DNA from: Eledone cirrhosa
Taxonomy: Eukaryota
Reading direction: 5' to 3'
Assembly: GCA_964016885.1 (NCBI GenBank)
Contig: OZ024755.1
Location: 35,464,001-35,528,000, forward strand
Length of the DNA stretch: 64,000 nucleotides
Positions within the stretch are counted from its first letter, which is position 1, and each line of letters begins with the position of its first letter. Below, one piece after another: positions 12,078 through 24,302 of this stretch. A model generated the notes under the pieces. The model had not been told where the DNA came from. It saw nothing but the letters and a program-made list of their open reading frames with translations, and searched no databases. The translations under genes were made by a program, and so were the position numbers.

Positions 12078-12612
12078 AATTATTGTGTACAGTGCTCAGG
12101 TGCACTACAACTCATCAAAGGTACAGAGAATAATGTTCAAATGACAGGAAAATGAACAGTGTATGAGTCATGAAATACATGTGCGTGTGTATTGAGGGAG
12201 GGGACATCAGGTGTAGTGTTGGCAAATCTCAGGAAGCATGGAGGTTTTAAAGGATGCAGTGTCTCGACAGCTAACAACTGATGCAGGTAGTTTGTTCCAT
12301 GGAGGTTTTAAAGGATGCAGTGTCTCGACAGCTAACAACTGATGCTGGTAGTTTGTTCCATGGAGGTTTTAAAGGATGCAGTGTCTCGACAGCTAACAAC
12401 TGATGCTGGTAGTTTGTTCCATGCTTCAGCAACTCTGCATGTCAAAAAATGTTTTCACAGTAAAAGCTTTATCTCACATAATATCGAATCTATGAGATTT
12501 TGCTATTATTTATTTTGAGAACAATATGAGTGGCCAGTTATGGCTGGTTTGAACAGAAAGAGGTGAGAGAATTCTGGTCGGATATGACTGGTTTTAAATG
12601 CTAAAGGATTAA
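12001..12612. mobile_element. piggyBac-like MITE interrupted by a CR1 LINE fragment
   Basis: Ends CCCTTTAGCATTTACA and TAAATGCTAAAGGA-TTAA; MITE sequence is broken at 12044 and resumes at about 12452. Confidence 0.75.
12045..12456 (-). mobile_element. CR1-clade LINE 3' end with (ATT)n tail and an internal 61-bp triplication
   Basis: Minus translation KHFLTCRVAEAWNKLPASVVSCRDTASFKTS matches the CR1 RVVxxWNxLPxxVV...SFK motif. Triplication at about 12238-12422. Confidence 0.8.
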
Positions 12613-13403
12613 GTTAAAATCTTCCAACAATTTTATATAAGAATAATACATTAATAGTATAACAAAGTAATTCATAATTTTAGTAAATCCCTCAAAATTC
12701 TTCATTAATTAATTAAAATAGAGTGCATTTCATTAGAAATGCAGTCATGAAAGAGTTAAAGAATCTATCCATCTATATATCTTTCTACTGCCGACCTATA
12801 CATACGAGGGTTGACTATGAGGGAATGACTGTGAAATTTTGCAGGCATTAATTTCAACTCTTCTAATTAATAAGATACATTGTATCTTTCTAGGGACTAT
12901 GTTGAAAAATAAACTTCATTTGGTTATCCCATGACAGTATCTTGTTCAGACACTCTTATATATACAAAATATAGAATGGTAGCTGCTGCAGCGTAATATA
13001 AAAACTACATAATATGACAGCTGCAGCCTGATGATGTCTAACATCCCCATACCAGTAATTAGAGTAGGTTGGTTGTTGTTTTACTCTGAGGGATGGGGTA
13101 TGGTTTCGAAGGACGTAGTATATATGAGTGAGGTTGATTTTAAAATTATGATTTGTGTTGCTTGAGTTTATGGGTTCGATTTACATTTGTTTACATTCAA
13201 GTTAATAATAGTCTCACATCATCATCATCATCACCGTTTTACGTCCGTTCTTCCACGGTAGCATGGGTTAGATGGGTTGTCCTGTTGTGGGCAGTGTCCG
13301 GTCGGCTGATCATGCCTTGTTCATACGGGAACTGATTCTGGCTTAACACACACATATATATTCAAAATATTAATAAATGAAAATTATTCTCATAATCAAA
13401 ATA

Positions 13404-13470
13404 TATATTTTATTATACATATTTCAAAGGTACAATAGTGTTTAAGTACGTTTTCATCAGACAAAATATA
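13404..13470 (-). ncRNA. Minimal hammerhead motif (inverted copy)
   Basis: Reverse complement of the motif at 13618-13684. Confidence 0.7.
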
Positions 13471-13617
13471 AGATTTGATATGTGACATACCGCTACGGTT
13501 TTGATTATTCAATTCCAATAGTGTAATTGAATAATCAAAATTGTATATATATATGTATATATATGTATATATATATATGTATATATATATATATGTGTGT
13601 ATATATATATCAAATCT

Positions 13618-13684
13618 TATATTTTGTCTGATGAAAACGTACTTAAACACCATTGTACCTTTGAAATATGTATAATAAAATATA
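13618..13684 (+). ncRNA. Minimal hammerhead motif
   Basis: Stem I TATATTTTGT/ATAAAATATA; CTGATGA at 13628; stem II AAACGTAC/GTACCTTT; GAAA at 13663; stem III TATGTA; UA site. Confidence 0.7.
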
Positions 13685-14198
13685 TATTTTGATTATGAGA
13701 ATACTTTTCATTTATTAATATTTTGGATAAGATTAAATACTCCAGGAAATTTCTGTCGAGTGCTTCTAATCTATTGTAAAATTGTATTCGTTGATTAATC
13801 AACGAACCATATTAATCTTTGGTTATATATATATATATATCGCCGTATTTTGACTAAAGAAATTAAAGAAATTATTTAGTCTGATAGTGGGGTTAAGAAC
13901 CCTCGGAGAAATGGAAAAAGATGAGTATTGACGTACATGGGCTAAATAATTTCTTTAATTTCTTTAGTCAAAATACGGCGATAACTTACATTTATAATAA
14001 TTTCAAACCCGCCCGCTGTTTCGAAAATATTCTTACTTGACATTACAGTCACTAAGTTTATAGCCTCTAATTTGAATGGAAAAAGACGGGTGATGTGTTG
14101 GTGTAAATGGTAGCACAGTGGTCTGGATAACCAACCTCACTTTCATATTTCTTAAATTTTGTTTTCAAATCCATATTTAATAAAAACACCATGTTTTT

Positions 14199-14266
14199 TT
14201 ATTCATTCTGATGACTGAAAACAGATACAACATCTGCTTTCAAGAAACCACTGGTAAATTAAATAA
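14199..14266 (+). ncRNA. Minimal hammerhead motif
   Basis: CTGATGA at 14208; stem II TGAAAACAGAT/ATCTGCTTTCA with a mismatched closing pair; GAAA CCACTGG TA; stem I TTATTCATT/AATTAAATAA, imperfect. Confidence 0.6.
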
Positions 14267-14384
14267 TTATCTTATGTTGTTTATTACATAACTAATAAGT
14301 TCTGTAGCCTACATAGAGCACTCTTTTTTCCTGTACCTTTCTGACAGAATTACTTCATTCACACACATATATATATATATATAT

Positions 14385-14716
14385 CCACCACCACCACTCG
14401 TCGACTACTGTCGAGATGATGGATCTCACTCTCATGCCCCAGAATCCCCTGTCCCCCATCGCTGCCCCCAAGTCCTGTCTGCTGATTCCCGTATCCCTAG
14501 AGATAACGTCAGGGAATGACAGCTTCCTACTCCTAGTCAGGCTGGAGTCAGGGTTCCAGAGCAAGAGAGCGGATATGATTTCATTGCTGGCACGGTGACA
14601 GTGGCCAGCAAATTGAGCTCTCCGGGATTTTAGAAGAGCAGAAGCTCGAGGGAGTTTGCCATAGATTTTAGACAAGGTGGGATGTCGTTTCCAGGATAGG
14701 TTTTGCACTCTCATTA
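14385..14716 (-). mobile_element. RTE-clade LINE 3' fragment with (TGG)n tail
   Basis: NLSWKRHPTLSKIYGKLP...RRAQFAGHCHRA...LLLWNP...DVISRDTG...AMGDRGFW. Confidence 0.8.
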
Positions 14717-15589
14717 TATATAGAATGTTCAGAAGTGACACATGAGTTGATATATATTAGTAAAATAAGAAAACCAGTAGAAAATGCTAATGGGATTTTC
14801 TCATAGAATAACAGCAAAACATTTATTTACAAAAAAAGAATTTATTGTACCGGTTTCAGTCAAAAGTTGTGAGGCTTCTTCATCCTACAGGAAATGAGAT
14901 TAGAAGAGTATAATAAAATTTATAAGGTGTATATTAATAAGAAGATCGTACATGAGAATATGATTTACATACATATAAATGAGATCCCATATTCGTTTCT
15001 CTCTCTCTCCTTGGTAGTTTGAAATAGAAGTCGGTTTGTTGCCCATTACCATCTAACTGGTGTTGCCTATAACTGCAGTAGTGGTAGTAGCAGAGGGAGG
15101 AGAACTTTATTTAGAAGTCAGCTCGTTCTCTGTTATCCCTCTCTCTCTATATATATATCATCATCATCATCATCATCGTTTAACGTCCACCTTCCACGCT
15201 AGCATGGGTTAGACGGGACTTGTCCCACTTGAGGCAAGGCTGGTCGGGTGACCGTGTCTCGCTCGTATAGGACTATCTGGCAGGTTTTCTACGGTTGGAT
15301 GCCCTTCCTAAACACCAACCACATTTACAGTGTGGACTGGGAACTTTTTACCGTGTTACCTACACGGATATATATACATATATATATATATGTGTGTGCA
15401 TATATATATATATATATCTGTGTATATATATATATATCTGTGTATATATATATATATGTGTATATATATAGAATGATTAGGTATCGAGAGAGAGAAAAAA
15501 AATGGAAAGATGGTCGATACATATATTTAGTTGCCAATAGTTTATGCATGTGTGCTCAATACTTGTGCCTACAGGGTTAAATATTAAAG

Positions 15590-16192
15590 GTGGCAATATT
15601 TAGTGGGCGAGAAAAAATAAGCATTTTTAATAGAAATACTATTAAAATTTCTTTCTCTACGACTCCTAACCTTGCACATAACATCACAGCTTCAAATTTA
15701 GCTAAACTACCTAGCCGTAGGAACACGTGCAGCCCTGTAGTTAGTACTAACTGTAATTGTAAGAATCGGGTTGATTGCCCCCTATCCGGGAAATGCCTCT
15801 CTAGTAACATTGTCTACAAATGTAAGGTTGAAACACCCACGTCCCGTAGGGCCTACATAGGGTTAACCGCCAATAGATTCAAGCAGTGTCTTTACATGCA
15901 TACCTATTCTTTTCGTTACCCTCTAAGAAGGAATATGACGTCACTTTCAGCTTATATCTGGAGTCTAAAAGACAACCACACCCAATATAAGTTACACTGG
16001 GAGATCCTAGCTAGAGCTAGATCGTATAATGGAAATAAAAGACCATGTGACCTCTGCGCCGCTGAGGCCCTGGAAATACTCTACGCCACAGACCACATCT
16101 TAAACAAAAAATCTGAGGCAATTTCGGCTTGTAAACATAAATTGCACAAAACTTTCCTATATTACAGCCCCACGTTATACCCTAACGGATAG
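15590..16192 (+). mobile_element. Penelope-like element C-terminal GIY-YIG endonuclease (5'-truncated)
   Basis: CNCx5CPLSGKC, NIVYK...AYIGLT..FK (GIY-YIG), TSLSAYIW, WEIL, CDLCxxE, LNKKSE..SACKH. The pattern resembles Naiad/Chlamys-type PLEs; clade is tentative. Confidence 0.85.
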
Positions 16193-16560
16193 TACGATCT
16201 ATACGTGGATATTTTACGTCTTGATGTGGGAGCTAAGTATATATTTTGTTTATACCATTACTTATTTGCATAGGTAAGTATATATTACCTGTATGTTTTG
16301 TGAAGGTACGTATACTTTCTCGTACGTATATTTGATTGTATATGTTATGGCGTATAATTTTTTATATATTCTGGTACATATGGTTTGGTTATGTGTATAC
16401 GGGAGTTTTGCGTCTGTGTGAGTATGCTGGTTCGTACGTATGTAGGGTGTGTGTATATGTGTACTTCATGTTTTGGTTGACTTACGTCTCCGAACATTTG
16501 TGTATTTACATGTAGGTATGTGTGTGCGCTTGTTATATACGTATTTATTTATTTATATAC

Positions 16561-16890
16561 ACAGTCCACGCTGTAAATGTGGCCGTGTAGGCAACACGGT
16601 AAAAACCTCCCAGCCCCACACTGTAAATGTGGTTGGTGTTAGGAAGGGCATCCAGCTGTAGAAAACCCGCCAGACAGTCCACGCTGTAATGTGGCCGTGT
16701 AGGCAACACGGTAAAAACCTCCCAGCCCCACACTGTAAATGTGGTTGGTGTTAGGAAGGGCATCCAACTGTAGAAAACCCGCCAGACAGTCCTATGCGAG
16801 CAAGACAACCACTCTTGCCTCAAGTGGGAAAACCCCCGTCCAAACCCATGCAAGCGTGGAACACGGACGCTAAACCTGATGATGATGACG
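16561..16890 (+). mobile_element. SINE B 3' half with an internal tandem duplication of about 114 bp
   Basis: ACAGTCCACGCTGTAA...GAAAACCCGCCAG occurs twice; (GAT)n tail. Related headless copies on the minus strand at 9712-9950, 15158-15367, 39398-39558 and 44455-44670. Confidence 0.75.
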
Positions 16891-17632
16891 TTTATTTAAT
16901 TATTTATTTATTTGTATACACGCACACACACACACATATTTATATGTGCATGGTTTTGTATACCTATGGCAAGTGTTTTCGCGTATGCTTGTGTATGTAC
17001 GTATTTGCATGCGTGCATGTATTTATTTAATTTCTATTACCTCTGTATTGTATTTTATTTACTTTATTCTTAACTCTGAAGCGGAGATTCATTCGGTTTC
17101 CTAGTTAGAATTTTAGTCTACGACTTCAGCTATACCATTTACGTGGTTTTGTCTTTGCGTGCAATTGTTCTCCACGCTCCACATATGACGTATTAGCTTC
17201 GTTTTTTCCGATGTATTAGCTTCGTTTTTTCCGTTCATTGCCAGAGAACGTCTCTATGAACCACCTAAGAGAACATTAGTCTACGACTTCTTTTATACCA
17301 TAAACGTGGTTCTGTCTTTGCGTGTAATTGTTTTTCACCGCTCCTATTAATGACGTATTATATTCGTTTTTTCCCATTCTTTGCCAGGGAACGTTTCCAC
17401 GAACCAAAGTATCGTCTTCCTATCTTCCTCCGGTTGCAACGTTTTTTGAAATATTAACTTCTGCGTTTACAGATTGACTTTGTTAGTTTCAGAAGGTGAA
17501 AGCAGCGATTCTTTGCTTAAACTTTAATCTGTTATTTTAATAAATATTTGCTCTACGGTTCTTATATATTTGATATATATTTATCCTTATCAAGCCCTCT
17601 TTGGATTTTAGTCTTCAAATTTATTATTATTA

Positions 17633-17664
<32 letters not shown>

Positions 17665-17669
17665 ATATA

Positions 17670-17725
<56 letters not shown>

Positions 17726-17768
17726 CAGAGTGAGAGAGAGGCATAAATATATATATAGAGAGAGAGAC

Positions 17769-17842
<74 letters not shown>

Positions 17843-17990
17843 ATATATATATATATATGTGTGTATATATATATATATATACAGAGTGAGAAAGAGGCCT
17901 ATATATATAGAGAGAGAGAGACATATATATATATATATAGAGAGAGAGAGACATATATATATATAGAGAGAGAGAGACATATATATATAC

Positions 17991-18058
<68 letters not shown>

Positions 18059-18332
18059 ATCAGATATAAATGGTTATTGCGTTGATAGGATTGATTTGAA
18101 ACTGATGACAGAGTGTCACGTGGTATTCTAGTCTTATAATTAGATATGTACCAAAGGAAAGGTAATCAACTGATGACACATTCTTAGTGATACTTGGTTT
18201 TCAATTCTAAGATTAAATTCTCTTTTCAGCTGCAGTTTTATCTGAGAACTGATTGATTAAAGATGTGTTGTCTCTTCATTAACACTTTTCATACCAACCC
18301 ATCCTGCTGATTCTATGATGAGAAACCTCGTT

Positions 18333-18554
18333 TTAACCCTTTAGCATTTAAACTACAAGCATCCAGCCACAATTCTCTCACCTCTTTCTATTCAAACCGA
18401 TCATAACTGGCTACTCATACTGATGTTAAGGTATTGTTCTCAAAATAAATATCAAAATCTCGTAGAATTAATAGTGAGATAATTATGTAAGGTAAAGCCT
18501 TTACTGTGAAGATACTATAGTAAATATAGAGTAATGTAAGTGCTAAAGAGTTAA
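18333..18554. mobile_element. piggyBac-like MITE, about 215 bp, TTAA TSD
   Basis: TTAA CCCTTTAGCATTTA ... TAAGTGCTAAAGAG TTAA. Confidence 0.85.
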
Positions 18555-18860
18555 AGCATGGTTTCATGGAGGTTCGACTGTGGTTTTTGGCAGGTGAAGA
18601 TCCTTCAGTCTAATAAAGATTGGAAAAGATCTAAGTTCTGGGCTGATGATATGACAAATAGAAGAAGTGACACAGAGAAGACAGCCTGCAGATATCCAAG
18701 TCATGTGACATGTATTAGATGCTGTCTTGCATGGGGCAGTTTCTAGGCATTCATGTCACAGATATAGGAAGGGCATTTAGTCCTAACCTAAAAAACCTGC
18801 CAAACATTAACACTTTTGACACCAACCCACCCTGCTGATTCTATGATGAGAAACCTCATT

Positions 18861-19076
18861 TTAACCCTTTAGCATTTAAACCAGCCGTATCCAGCCAGAA
18901 TTCTCTCACCTCTTTCTCTTCAAACCGGCTGTAACCAGCCACTCATACTTAGGTTAAGGTACTGTTCTCAAAATGAATAATATCAAAATCTCATAGATTC
19001 GATAATATGTGAAATAAAGCCTTTACCATGAAAATACAATAGTAAATATAGAGAAATGTAAATGTTAAAGGGTTAA
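18861..19076. mobile_element. piggyBac-like MITE, TTAA TSD
   Basis: TTAA CCCTTTAGCATTTA ... TAAATGTTAAAGGG TTAA. Further copies at 20021-20343, 39687-40135, 48437-48652, 50516-51296, 61421-61982 and 63916-64000. Confidence 0.88.
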
Positions 19077-20570
19077 AGTATGTATTTATGGTCCTGTAAC
19101 TCCTGATAGAGTCATAGGGACGCTGTATAAAGCATAGTATCCTACGTTCTAACAACTCTGCCAATGATTTCTACTATAGGCACAAGGCCAGCAATTTTGG
19201 GGGAGAGGAAAGTCAATTTAATCGACCCCAGTGCGACTGGTACTTTATTTTATCGACCCTGGGTTTTGAACTTAGAATATAAAGGGCCGTAAATATGCTG
19301 CAAAGCTCTACCGATGCTGCCAATCCACTGCCCTACATCCCATAAACTAGCTTAATAATACGGTTAGTTAATTTAGTAAATCAATTCACATTATTGATTA
19401 TTTACAAAATTAATTGAAAATTATAGAAATATAGAACCAAAAGGGTTAAATACGTACCAAGACATTCTTGATAAACATCATCATCCTCATCATTTAGTGT
19501 CTCTTTTCCCTGATAGTAAAGGTTGGGCATATCTTCACAGATTGGATAGTATTCAAGCAGAGCCTCTGACCTCCTGGTTGGCTGGGAGTCCAACATATGA
19601 TCCTGCGCTCTACCGAGTGCATTTTATTATGGTACCAACATTAAGGAAGTTGTCATTTCTTTGACACAGATGAATAGTTCTCCTGACTTTTGGTTTGGCA
19701 GGTTTCCTATCATCAATCACTTTACAGAGTGCACTAGGTGCGTTTATTGTGTAAGTCAACAACACTAGGGAGACTGTCATCTCTATGGCACAGCTGAAGA
19801 GTCCTCCTGACCTTTTGTTTGGCAGGCTTTTTAGGGCTAGATGTCCTTCCTATATCTGTGACATGAATGCCTAGAAACTGCCATCACATGACTTGGATAT
19901 CTGCGTCACTTCTTCTGTTTGTCATATCCTCAGCCCAGAACTTAGATCTTTTCCAATCTTTATTAGGCTGAAGGATCTTCACTTGCCAAAACCTGAGTCA
20001 AACCTCCATGAAACCATGCTTTAACCCTTTAGCACTTACATTACTCTATATTATTATAGTATTTTCACAGTAAAGGCTTTACCTTACATAATTATCTCAC
20101 ATACTATTAATTCTACAAGATTTTGATATTTATTTTAAGAACAATACCTTAACATCAGTATGAGCGACCAGTTATGGCCGGTTTGAAAAGAAAGAGGTGA
20201 GAGAATTCTGGCCAGATATGGCCTTATGTATTATGAATAGCAACTAAAAATATGTATAGAGGCCAAAAATTATGGCATGTGTAACTAGAAAGAGGTGAGA
20301 GAATTATGGCTGGATATGGCCGGTTTAAATGCTAAAGGGTCAATTATCAAAAAGAAATGCATTAGATAATGTAGTTTTAGATACATTATATCTGAAAAAC
20401 AAAGATCTACTTGATCATGAACTGACCTGGTGTTAAACACCAGCCAAATTAGGGTCAGTCTTGAAAAGAAGCTTTAATAATTCATTAAACACCTTAAATG
20501 TCGTTAACATTATTATCTAGGGATACTTTACTTAAGGTGTCCTCTCTTTTCTGAAGTGGTAGTTTGTGAG

Positions 20571-20993
20571 TTAACCCATTAGCATTTACATTACTCTGTA
20601 TTTACTATTATATTTTCACAGTATAGGCTTTACCTCACATAATATTCATTCTATGAGATTTTGATATCATTTATTTTGAGAATAATACCTTAACATCAGT
20701 ATGAGTGGCTGGTTAAGGCCGGTTTGAACAGAAAGAGGTGAGAGAATTCTGGCCGGATACAGCCAGTTTAAATGCCAACGGGTTAACCCTTTAGCATTTA
20801 AACAGGCTGCATCTGGCCAGAATTCTCTCACCTCTTTCTGTTCCAACTGGCTGTAGCTGGTTGCTCATTCTTATGTTAAGGTATTGTTCTCAAAATAAAT
20901 AATATCAAAATCTCGTAGATTCAATATTATGTGAAATAAAGCCTTTATCATGAAAATACGATAGTAAATATAGAGTAATGTAAATGCTAAGGG
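20571..20993. mobile_element. Two piggyBac-like MITEs in opposite orientation sharing a TTAA
   Basis: Junction GGGTTAACCC at about 20780-20789; the copies are reverse complements. Confidence 0.85.
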
Positions 20994-21532
20994 AAACCTG
21001 GCTGCTATTTCCAGGAAATTGATTGACTACATAGAGGCATCCATGTTGATAATACTGTTGTTGGAAAATAGATATTAATGAAGTATTTTAAAGATAAGAT
21101 ATTTCATTTTGTATGTATACATTTGGTTCTAGTTGAGGTTCCACTATTGTGATGCTTGTAGTAGATGCCTCATTATTTTTCACAGCCATAACTTATTCAA
21201 ACATTAACACATTGATTTGTTCCTTTGTAAGAATGTAGTCCTTCTGTCTGGCCTTTATATAAAGGTGGGAAAATCGTTGTTGGTGTATTGCATTATTTTC
21301 TGAAATAGTTGATGAATACTGCCTATAAGTATTACTCAGGCTAACCAATGGCCCATTGATAACTGATGGAACATATGAAAGTGACTCATTGATTCTACAC
21401 ACATCAAATGTCATGTCTTGCTACAATGTTGAACTACACTGCACATACATTCCCAGTATGGTGTATATAGATAATAGAAGTTTAAGGTATCCAAATTGGT
21501 GTTCAATCATTTTTTACTATATATGCACACAC

Positions 21533-21537
<5 letters not shown>

Positions 21538-21578
<41 letters not shown>

Positions 21579-21679
21579 TAGATAGATATAGATATAATGT
21601 ATGTATGTATATATATATAATGTATGTATGTATATATATGTCTATATATATATATATATACAATGTATGTATGTATATA

Positions 21680-21729
<50 letters not shown>

Positions 21730-21830
21730 TAGATAGATAGATAGATATAGATATAATCTATGTATGTATATATATATAGATATAATCTATGTTAGTATAT
21801 ATATATATAATGTATGTATGTATATATGTC

Positions 21831-21872
<42 letters not shown>

Positions 21873-21979
21873 TAGATAGATATAGATATAGATATAATCT
21901 ATGTTAGTATATATATATAATGTATGTATGTATATATGTCTATATATATATATATACAATGTATGTATGTATATATGTC

Positions 21980-22013
<34 letters not shown>

Positions 22014-22137
22014 TAGATATAGATATAATCTATGTATGTATATATATAGATATAATCTAAGTTAGTATATATATATAATGTATGTATGTATATATGTCTC
22101 TATATATATATATACAATGTATGTATGTATATATGTC

Positions 22138-22179
<42 letters not shown>

Positions 22180-22425
22180 TAGATATAGATATAATCTATA
22201 TATGTATATATATATAGATATAATCTATGTTAGTATATATATATAATGTATGTATGTATATATGTCTATATATATATATATACAATGTATGTATGTATAT
22301 ATGTATATATATAATATATATATAGATAGAGAGAGAGAGAGATAGATATAGATATAATCTATGTATGTATATATATATAGATATAATCTATGTTAGTATA
22401 TATATATAATGTATGTATGTATATA

Positions 22426-22493
<68 letters not shown>

Positions 22494-23395
22494 TATAGAT
22501 ATAATCTATGTTAGTATATATATATAATGTATGTATGTATATATGTCTATATATATATATATAATGTATGTATGTATATATATGTCTATATATATATATA
22601 TATACAATGTATGTATGTATATATGTCTATATATATATATATATTTTTTTTTTTAGTCCTGCAGGATGTCCAAAGTCACCCTCCTCACCAAGAAACCTTG
22701 GTGGGGTTGCCAGTTTAGTCGCCAACGACCCGACCATGGGACAGGTTGTACTGGGATACATGTTACCAGTAGCACCAACTGATGACCTGTCAAAGGGCAA
22801 AGGAGCTCTTAAGAGTCAATGTCCATCCAAAATCACTGGGAGAGATGACCCCTTAGCCTTTGTCAAGGCAGAATTCTAGGAGAAGGAAAACTCTTATATA
22901 ACACCTGCAACCCTGATGGTATCCAATGATGTTGACTTGTTCTTCTTTTTGGTAAATATCATCTTGGTTAAGAAAGTGGGACTGGCTTTGTGCAGTGCCT
23001 TTGCTCACTATAAAAGCTTCACGGCACAGGCATTGCTTTATATCTGGAGATCTCTCTGCACTTGTCGTCACAGGGTACCATGGGCCCAGCACTATGTGTC
23101 AATAATTGTCACAAGTGTAGTATTTGTACCAGAGTTTACAAGTCGCTGGTTGGACTAAAAAGTCACACTCGTTCAGCGCATCGGTAGAAGTTCTCCTATA
23201 TGGATATAAAGTAGTGGCCGTACTCGAAAACGAGTTGGCAGCCACCATATATATATATATAGAGAGAGAGATAGATATAGATATAATCTATGTATGTATA
23301 TATATAGATATAATCTATGTTAGTATATATATATAATGTATGTATGTATATATGTCTCTATATATATATATACAATGTATGTATGTATATATGTC

Positions 23396-23431
<36 letters not shown>

Positions 23432-23572
23432 TAGATAGATATAGATATAATCTATGTATGTATATATATATATAGATATAATCTATGTTAGTATATATAT
23501 ATAATGTATGTATGTATATATGTCTATATATATATATATATACAATGTATGTATGTATATATGTCTATATAT

Positions 23573-23617
<45 letters not shown>

Positions 23618-23706
23618 TAGATATATATATAATCTATGTATATATATATATATATAGATATAATCTATGTTAGTATATATATATAATGTATCTATGTATA
23701 TATGTC

Positions 23707-23738
<32 letters not shown>

Positions 23739-23866
23739 TATAGATATAATCTATGTTAGTATATATATATAATGTATGTATGTATATATGTCTATATATA
23801 TATATATAATGTATGTATGTATATATATGTATATATATATATATATACAATGTATGTATGTATATA

Positions 23867-23910
<44 letters not shown>

Positions 23911-23999
23911 TAGATATAGATATAATCTATGTATGTATATATATATATATATAGATATAATCTATGTTAGTATATATATATAATGTATGTATGTATATA

Positions 24000-24047
<48 letters not shown>

Positions 24048-24166
24048 TATAGATATAATCTATGTATGTATATATATATAGATATAATCTATGTTAGTAT
24101 ATATATATAATGTATGTATGTATATATGTCTATATATATATATATATACAATGTATGTATGTATAT
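21538..24166. repeat. Higher-order compound microsatellite array, unit about 110-150 bp, interrupted at 22645-23248
   Basis: Recurring block (GA)n TAGATATAGATATAATCTATG(T)TAG(TA)n ATGTATGTATG(TA)n GTC(TA)n. Confidence 0.9.
22645..23248. mobile_element. Rearranged 5'-end fragment of a LINE (RTE-like 5' UTR), related to 44150-44372
   Basis: Both copies share GGGGTTGCxxGTTTAGTCGCC...CCAGTAGCAC and ACCTGxCAAAGGGCA...AAGAGTCAA segments. Confidence 0.5.
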
Positions 24167-24302
24167 ATTTTTACCCATATTCATCTTGTCTTTACAATAT
24201 TACAAAAGTGGTGATTGTTAGGTATATTCTTTGAGTTTAGTTTAAGTCTCTTTACATTGCGTTCAAATCCTGCCAGAGTTAACTCTGACTTTCATCATTT
24301 CC

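Noticed and set aside
14841-14890. Additional hammerheads at 14841(-), 780-850(-), 4350-4400(-) and 63460-63535
   Set aside because: Core or stems too degenerate to call as features; at best decayed relics.
15590-16550. Selenocysteine recoding/SECIS, as reported for some Naiad PLEs
   Set aside because: No in-frame TGA in the visible ORF, and no SECIS recognised by eye.
21193-21420. 73-aa minus ORF as a terminal exon
   Set aside because: Weak acceptor and no recognisable homology.
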